A stretch of DNA of 64,000 bases from Bigelowiella natans CCMP2755 (Eukaryota; Protista; Cercozoa): positions 1-64,000 of the forward strand of contig ADNK01003385.1 in the NCBI GenBank assembly GCA_000320545.1, written 5' to 3'. Below the pieces are notes generated by a model, which was not told the DNA's origin, did no database searches, and saw only the letters and a list, made by a program, of their open reading frames with translations. Positions within the stretch are counted from its first letter, which is position 1. The number at the start of each line of letters is the position of its first letter. The position numbers and the translations under genes were made by a program. Of the stretch, positions 56,914 to 64,000 are shown one piece after another.

Positions 56914-58151
56914 ATGAGGCGTCTCCGCAGTGTGCCCACATCGATCAGACGCCCACCATATGCTCTCGACGGCATCGTTCCTCCACCACAAAACACAATC
57001 ACGCTACATCGTACATCAGAGGAGGTAAACGTTTGCCCAAACATGAGTCCTCTTATAAGAAGAATTATAATCTTGTTAGATTGAGGGGCTACGAAAAGCT
57101 GGCAAGTTAGCACGAAAAGTATTAGATCTTGCAAGTTCTTTGGCCAAACCGGGGGTCAAACCGCTCCAAATTGATGAAGGTGTAAATTTTCGACGATAAT
57201 TTTTCCTTGAATCGAACTGGACACCACATTGTTGTTGTTATTACCATTTGATTTGACAAATTAGCGGTTCACGATGCAATCTGTGCGGAGAATGCATACC
57301 CAGCACCACTTAACTATCGAGGATTTCCACGATCCGTGTGTTCGTCGATCAACGATGAGGTCTGCCATGGAATTCCAAACGACACACCCCTTAAATCTGG
57401 CGACATCGCAAAGTTCGATGCAAGCGTCTTCATAAGAGAAGGTTTCTTCGGGGATAACTGCGGTAGATAGATAGACTCGAAGTAATGATAGAATTTAAGT
57501 AATGTTAATAAATTATTTGCCTATACACGGTTCATCAAGTTTTTTCGCTTAACAGCATGCCATGTATTGTCTACTGATAGAGTGGATAAAACTGAAGTCT
57601 CGATGATAATCAGTAACAAAATACAACACAAAGGTACAGTGATCGTCGGTGAAGGGGACGAAGAAGCAAAAAAACTTGATGAAACGTGTAAACGTGCACT
57701 GAATCAAGCGATACGAGCGATTGGTCCTGGAGTATGCTTGAGCAAGATCGGAGACATCATCGAAAGTGTTGCTGAAAGTGAGGGTTTCCAGTCAGTGAAA
57801 GCTTACTGTGGACATGGCATAGGGCGAGGATTTCACATGCTACCGTTCGTACAGCACTTTAAGAACGATACATACTTACCTCTGAGAGAGGGAATGACAT
57901 TTACAATTGAGCCAATGCTGGTTGCGGGATCTCAAGACACGTAATACGTATAAAGAGAAGGAAAAAGTAGTTTGAATCCCCACGCAGATGTATTGTTTTT
58001 GGTTTGTAGGTTTGTTTCAAAAGAGGATGAGTGGACTGTATGTACAGTTGATGGATCTAGAGCTGCACAATATGAACACATGATACTTATAACCGCTGAT
58101 GGAGTGGAAGTCTTGACAGATAGTGAGAGATTTCCAGAATTTTCAGCTTGA
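56914..58151 (+). CDS. map: Methionine aminopeptidase type I, organellar (MAP1D-like), 5 exons
   Basis: RSVPTSIRRPPYA, IEGLRKAGKLARKVLD, AYPAPLNYRGFPRSVCSSINDEVCHGIP..PLKSGDIAKFDASVF..GFFGDNC, YCGHGIGRGFH, GMTFTIEPML, DEWTVCTVDGSRAAQYEHMILITADGVEVLT. An additional upstream exon is possible. Confidence 0.93.
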
Positions 58152-59309
58152 GTTCGTTCCGTGTTTGTATTGAAGCCAGGCATGTTCATAATAAATAAGA
58201 TGTGGGCTCGCGTCAGTGCCCCATTCGTTATCACTCATTATAATGCATGTCTAGCTGCTGCTGGTCGAACTGAATGTGTATGTGTGTGCACAACAACATG
58301 TACATGCTTGCATGACTATGGCAAGGTACGCACTAACACAACTCGGTCAAACCCAGTAACATTTGGCTGCGGCGCAAAAGGCGAGTTGTGCGCGTGCGTA
58401 CAGCGTATCAAATTGATGAATGTGATCACAGAACACATCTGCAGCTTGGCAGAGCGTCAAAATGCAATTTTTAACCGAGATTCGAACAAACGACCGAAAA
58501 AGTGTCATTTTCGAAGTTAGGAAGGTCGAAAACGCTGTCATTGCGAAAAGTGTAAGAAGTTTCGTGAGAGTTGCAAGCAACAATGCACGTAGCAATGCTA
58601 GAATGTGCAGCGCTGCAGCAGTGTTTTGAATGTGCAAGCGCGGGGGCGCATGCGCCAACCACACGCACAAGAAAAATCCCAGCTGCGCTAGTGCGTGCGA
58701 ACATGTCTCACTTTCTCACAACGCGCGCTGAAACTTCAAATCGCCTTCAACCACAACCAGCAGAAACTTGTGACATCGGCTTTGCGAGCATGGTGGCCGT
58801 GCCAAACTTCATCAAAAAGCTTGGAAAACCACAAAAAAGTTGTGTTGCCATGCATTCCGAGTGCACTCTGGTGGACTCTGACGAGCTTCTGCTGGCTTCC
58901 AATGCGCTCAAACACCCTTTTGCGTTGTGTTGAAAATTGACGTGCGCAATAGGTGCAAAAACTCGATTTTGAATTTTTTTTGCAACGCGACATGCAATGC
59001 GACGTTCGTTCTCAAAAAAACACTTTTTTGCTCCGAAACTCAAACCGTGCGCAGCATTGGTTTGCCAAAAGTGTGCGCGATGATCAATTGTGGGTTTGCA
59101 CGTCGTGCGATCGAGCCATCGTGTTCAAAACTGGCGTGAGATGAATTTCCAAATCTGAGGGTTGGAAAAGTGACAAAAAACCATGCCAAAAAGCATGCAG
59201 AGCAGGAAATGCATGTGCGCGCGCCCTGAAACTTGCTCGAGCGTTGTTTCTCATCACGTTCGAGCAGTTTTCATGCAAGCGTCACTTGGTGTGGTGTCGC
59301 GTTGCGTGA

Positions 59310-59933
59310 CCTCCACAAACTTCCAGTTCAAACACTGGTTTGACGGTCCCATCACACTGAGGCATCTGAACTGGCTTCGCAGGCGGTTTCCCAACCAGAA
59401 GGTGGGATTGATTTGGGACATGCTAGCATGGCTCCCGGCCACACAGATCGCCGAGTGATTGAGTTCACAAGCAAAGCCAGGATTCAGGGGTGGCTGAAAG
59501 TGAGACTCACGCCTGGGGGATCAACCTCCACGTCCATCGTGCGCAACCCTGCGACCTCGTTGCCAATGCACCATTGAAAAAAAAAGTGAAGTTTTTTTGG
59601 CACTCCAGGTGGAAGAATCAGAAGTTGGTCGATCTTCAGTCATCCAAAGGCCACGTCAAACTCAAGTTGCCCAGAACAAAATTGGCACATGGATCAGAGG
59701 AAGCAATTCGTGATTTCAACAAGGCACAAGTGGGCAAACCCATCGTTCGTGACTGCTTCAACAAGTGCGGTCTGAGTCCATTCAACTGCGACGAAGAGCT
59801 GCACGACAACCACGTGAAAAGCTTCGTGCAAAATCGCACCCACCGCAGCCTTCTTGAAAGTCAAATGGCAGTCGATTTGGAATGCCAACGTCTGGTGTCA
59901 AACCAGACGTGCCAACGTCGTGCCAACGTCTGA
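59310..59933 (+). pseudogene. Degenerate pogo/Tigger-like (DDE_1) transposase, C-terminal half
   Basis: NFQFKHWFDGPITLRHLNWLRRRFPNQKVGLIWD, then (after removing an 8-bp insertion) MAPGHTDRRVIEF...WLKVRLTPGGSTS, then (second small frameshift) QPCDLVANAPLKK...IVRDCFNKCGL. This matches the DDE_1 pattern LIWDxAxxH...IPGGLTxxxQPxDxxxNxPxK...F.KCG. Confidence 0.8.
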
Positions 59934-61006
59934 TGTCAAAGCAGACGTGCTGACGTTGTGCCAACGTCTGACATGAAATCCTGGGAAATCAGACGTGCTG
60001 GGTGGTGCCTTGACCACTGCGGGTGCTCTTTTTTTGCGCAATCATTCCACTTGTGAAATTGCAGGCAAACTTTGGAACGCAATTGCGCCACGTTTGCTCG
60101 AAAATGAGCACACATTTTTTCGCACAAATTTGCACCTGCGACGTGTGATCAATGAGACTTTGATGGATGATCGCACGCATGGCCATTGCCGTGCTGACGT
60201 CGTGCCAACGTCTGACGTCACCGGTGACATTGGACGTCAGCACGACGGAAAATGCCGACCTCCGTTGTGCCAACCTCAGGGATGATTTGAAAGAATCATC
60301 GCTGACAACTTGCTGACTTTGTCTTTCTCAATTCTTCAATGCGATTGACATCATCAAATCACGTGCACGTCTGATTTGACATCAGACGTTGGCACGACGG
60401 AAAGTGCCGACCTCCGTGGTGCCAACCTCAGGGACAATTTGAAAGAGTCATCGCTGATGACTTTGACTTTGTCTTTCATCAATTCTTCAATGCGATCAAC
60501 ATTGTCAAATCACGTGCACGTCTGATTTGATGTCAGACGTTGGCACGACCCATCAGTGGATGCAGTTGAATCACGAACACAAGGAGAATCTTTCAAATCA
60601 GTTGGATCAGCAGTGAACTTGGTTGACACTTTTGAGTGTTGCATCGTTTTGATTTGATGCACTTTCACAACTGCAAAGTGCAATCATCCCTCTTTTTTGA
60701 ACAATTTCAACCAGGTGGCTGTCGTGTTTGACAAGTCTGAGTGACTTGCAACCACCTTTTCCTGGTTCAACAAAGCTGACTCCATTCTCAGAACCCATCA
60801 TTGCTCCATCTTTGCGTGAATTTCGATGTGTGTTTTCAAGAATGCAACTTGTTTGCAACAGCACATTGACATCAACCACGTCAAGACAAATTGATTGATG
60901 GCTGCGTTTGTCGTTTGTGACATTGGTTGCAGAATCATGACAATCTCAGATCCAACACGCGTCTGATGTCAAGTCAGACGTCAGCACGACGGAAAATGCC
61001 GACCTC
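59880..61006. mobile_element. Array of direct and inverted sub-terminal-like repeats, including two 152-bp tandem units (60233-60384, 60385-60535)
   Basis: The motif GTGCCAACGTCTGA(T/C)GTCA... occurs at ~59920, ~59958 and ~60202; its reverse complement ...TCTGATTTGA(CA/TG)TCAGACGT(TG/CA)GCACGAC occurs at ~60370, ~60521 and ~60962. Confidence 0.65.
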
Positions 61007-61017
61007 GAAAACGCCAT

Positions 61018-61383
61018 CATCGATGCGCGTGCGCAACCATGACTGCTGGCGGCTGTGCGTGTGTGCGTGCATCGATCGATCAGCGCGTGCGTGCAGACAA
61101 GTGATTGTGACGAGCACACACGCTCAGCCGCCAGCAGTTCCGGTTGCGCGTTGCAGACATGGCAACAGCACACGCAACGTGCACACGATGTTGCGTGTCC
61201 ACAATGAGCATTGGGTGTCCACGATGCGCACGCGCACATCGACAAGTCCCTGCATCGATGACTGCAACTGCTGGCGGCTGAGCGTGTGTGTTCTCGTCAC
61301 AATCACTTTGTCTGCATGTGCGCGCGGATCGATGCACACACTCTGTGGCCGCCAGCAGTTGCAGTTGCGCACGCGCATCGATG
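61018..61383. mobile_element. Foldback/MITE-like inverted repeat (~120-bp arms, ~125-bp spacer)
   Basis: 61018-61140 (CATCGATGCGCGTGCGCAAC...GTGATTGTGACGAG..CGCTCAGCCGCCAGCAGTT) is the imperfect reverse complement of 61267-61383. A further partial copy lies at ~61395-61470. Confidence 0.7.
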
Positions 61384-62070
61384 ACAAGTCCCTGCATCGA
61401 TGCGCGTGTGTGCAACGCACTGCTGGCGGCTGCAGATGAGCGCGTGTGCATCGATCAGCGCGCGCATGCACAGCTCCGCGCTGCGTGGCGCACTTTCCAA
61501 TCGCGCGCATTTGTTTGCACATTGTGCACCACGCGCTGATTTGAATCATTGTCATTGCATGCAAGCTGGCAAGCACAGCACGTGCACAATGCGATGGCGT
61601 GTCAGTGCTCACGTTTGTCAACAACACGCATCGCAAGCTTGCGCTGCCATGCACGAAAAGTGCATGCGTGCATCTGTCATGTGCCATGATTTTGGCCGTG
61701 TTTGGCGATGTGACAATTGCTGGTGCACATTGCATGGCCACACATTGCACAGCCACACATTGGATGCACATTGGATGCATGGAATGCCAACATTGAACAA
61801 ACTTGAACACTTCATCACATCCGTCTCGTGCACACACCAGTCTGCCACTGATTCTGATGTGAATCATTGCGAGCTCACTTGCGCCAAACGAAGTGTGTCA
61901 TTGCTGCTTGATCGTGTGAATTTTGCAACAAGTGCAAGCACGTGCAGATTGCAAAACGTGGAAAAGAACTTGGTGAACATCCTGCCAATCATCACAATCC
62001 AGCAACGCCAAATCTCAAAAAAAACCGCTTTCATCAACGCATGTGCATGTGTGCTCTCGTGTGGCATCAT

Positions 62071-62451
62071 TCATCTGTGCTCGTGTCGCTGCGTCGGTGA
62101 CGGATCCGCACTTTCAGCAGTTTTCAACTTTTCCGCTTCCCTGCCCGTGTGTGTGCACATGCATGTGCACGTGTGCAACAACCTTGTGAGCTTTTGCCGC
62201 TTGCGTCTCATCCTTGCTTTCTCTGCCATTTTTTCTCTGTTTTTCCTGTTTGAATGAAAACTCACAAGTTGCACACCTTCACACAAGCAATGAATCATCA
62301 GATGATCGTGAGATCCAACATCCACTGCAACCAACACACGTTCACCATCGCCATCATCATTGTCGTCATCACTGCCTTCTGTGCTTTTCCTTGCTGCGCT
62401 TCCGAGCTTCTGTCCTCACCTTCTTCTTCAACTCAACACCTGACTGCGAAC

Positions 62452-62490
<39 letters not shown>

Positions 62491-63040
62491 TCCGTCTCCG
62501 CCTTGCCGCGCACATTCTTTGCTTTCAGAGCCTCTGCTGACTCCAATCTTGCTTTCATGGCCTCTGCTGACTCCAATCTTGGGCTCTCTCGTTCTTCTCC
62601 ACAAGGCCTTTCACGAAGGCACACGTGCTCTCAGCCGGATCCCCAAACTCATCCATGTGCAAAAGCGGAAGCGGTTGTGCATGCTGGCATGCCCCAATGA
62701 CCTCTCTGATGATGCAGTTTTCTTGGTCATCAGTCACGAAGTGAATTTTGCACGTTTTTGGGGCAAAGTGTGAAACAGCTCCGTCAAACCTGCAACGAAT
62801 CGCCAGAACATGCACTTGGAAGCTTTTGCGCGCGACCAAGCGCGTTGTGTGATGTGATGGACATTGGATTTCACAACTGCATCAAGTGTGCAACGAATGG
62901 CATGAACTTTCAATTGAGGGTCATTGAGCACACACCTGCGCGCCCACGCGCGCCCAGGTGCATGCTTCACAATGGACATGGTGACATCGATCGTGCGTGT
63001 GCTGAAACTTCGCACGTCCATGAAGCCAGTGTGCACGCAC
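62071..63040 (-). pseudogene. TpA-purged relic of an intron-containing gene of unknown function
   Basis: Protein-like frames (RFDGAVSHFAPKTCKIHFVTDDQENCIIREVIG...; RLESAEAMKARLESAEALKAKNVRGKAE; EKARMRRKRQKL) are separated by intron-like segments carrying (GT)n tracts and ending in CAG. There is a 30-bp tandem repeat at 62521-62580. Confidence 0.4.
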
Positions 63041-64000
63041 CCTCATGAGCTTGCAAAACTTGTGGCACGCAAATGCAAATGCGCCAGCGTGTTCAAAAGT
63101 GGCAAGAATTTTTCAATTTTCGCCCACTGGCAGGCGTTGAAAAGTGAGGTTTTCAAGCTGAAACTCGAAAAAAAAAATCAAACTTGAACCTCAGACAGGC
63201 TCCAGTGTGCTTCCAATGTCCAATTGCAACGATTGAGCGCGCCAGGCCGCACGCGCAAAGCACAGTTTGTTCAAAACCCACTCGTTGCCGGGATTGATGC
63301 AGTCATTGTGTTGCTCGCATTTCTTTGAAATTTTTCGTGCATGTCACACTTGGTCAAACACACGCGCAAAAGCATTCGAAGTGTGCAGAGAACAAACGCG
63401 CAGCGTGCATCCTCCACACAACGGGTGTGAATTTTCACACTTTGCGCGCTCACTGAGGCCTTGAAAATGGACGTTTGGGTCAACACTTCGGTCACTTCAT
63501 CTGACAAGTTCTGATGACCTTTCTTTGACCAACTGCAACTGCCTGCTGCTTCAAAGCGCTGCACTGTTCACAACCCCGTCGTCACCGGGTTTGACGGAGC
63601 TGTGGAACAACACGTGCATGTGTGAGCTCGTGTGTGTGTGTGTGAGTGTTTGATGTGTGCATGTTTTTTCGTGTGTGTTGGATGACGCTGTGCACACATT
63701 TCGTTCGGCAGACTTGTTTGCCGGCATGCGGATGCGTGGATGCGGAGCGTCGGTGTCATGGTGTGGGGGTGAGAGGGTTGTGTGGGTGCGAGAGAGACTG
63801 GTCATCTTCCACTTTGGGGGAAAATCATGTGAAAGCTCAGAAAACAACGGGAAAACAACTGCGGGCATTGTGATGACATTCTCCGACTCCGTGTGATGCC
63901 CAGGCATTTTTGGTGCATGAATCCCATTCAAAGAAAAGATCTGGACAGTTTTTCTTAGATGTTTTTCGATGTGAGATTCCCCATTCCACGAAATGGAAAC

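Larger units (their letters stand above)
58691..63955. other. TpA-purged repeat/TE domain
   Basis: Only two TA dinucleotides were found between 58691 and 63955 (58950 and 59424), and none from 59426 to 63955. ORF-track translations lying wholly downstream of ~59000 contain no Tyr. Confidence 0.92.

Noticed and set aside
60927-63931. Dense overlapping long Cys/His-rich ORFs on both strands (e.g. 61400..62257, 61124..61867), superficially like metal-binding proteins or a recoded genome
   Set aside because: They are an artefact of TpA loss: TAA/TAG stops and Tyr codons cannot occur. Flanking real genes use TAA, TAG and TGA normally, so there is no genetic code change.
58691-63955. Classical RIP or CpG methylation decay as the explanation
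   Set aside because: RIP raises TpA and CpG decay removes CpG. Here TpA is absent and CpG is abundant.

Overview
Eukaryotic nuclear DNA, intron-rich and full of microsatellites. The signal-peptide plus transit-peptide leaders suggest an alga with a complex plastid, chlorarachniophyte-like (inference). I reconstructed 13 spliced genes: a hypothetical protein, an XPA-C-like protein, a PhoD phosphatase, a plastid-targeted phosphate-carrier (MCF) fusion, a nodulin-like MFS transporter, an organellar SerRS, MBF1, tyrosine aminotransferase, cytosolic MDH, a mitochondrial cold-shock protein, a coiled-coil protein, a Ser/Thr kinase and an organellar MetAP1. They alternate strand strictly (+,-,+,-...). 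The main signal is non-coding: 59426-63955 and 52645-53386 contain no TpA dinucleotide by my reading. Repeat copies there differ by reciprocal CA/TG pairs, and a pogo-like transposase relic shows TTA>TCA, ATA>ACG and TAT>CAT changes in conserved motifs. This points to a repeat-directed TpA>TpG/CpA/CpG (A:T>G:C) hypermutation, the reverse of fungal RIP. Every tail-to-tail intergenic spacer carries an apparently partial form of this signature plus a large CTAG excess; head-to-head spacers do not. An 8-bp CTAG-centred insertion frameshifts the transposase. Exon boundaries and counts were read by eye and are approximate; the first ~3.7 kb could not be resolved.
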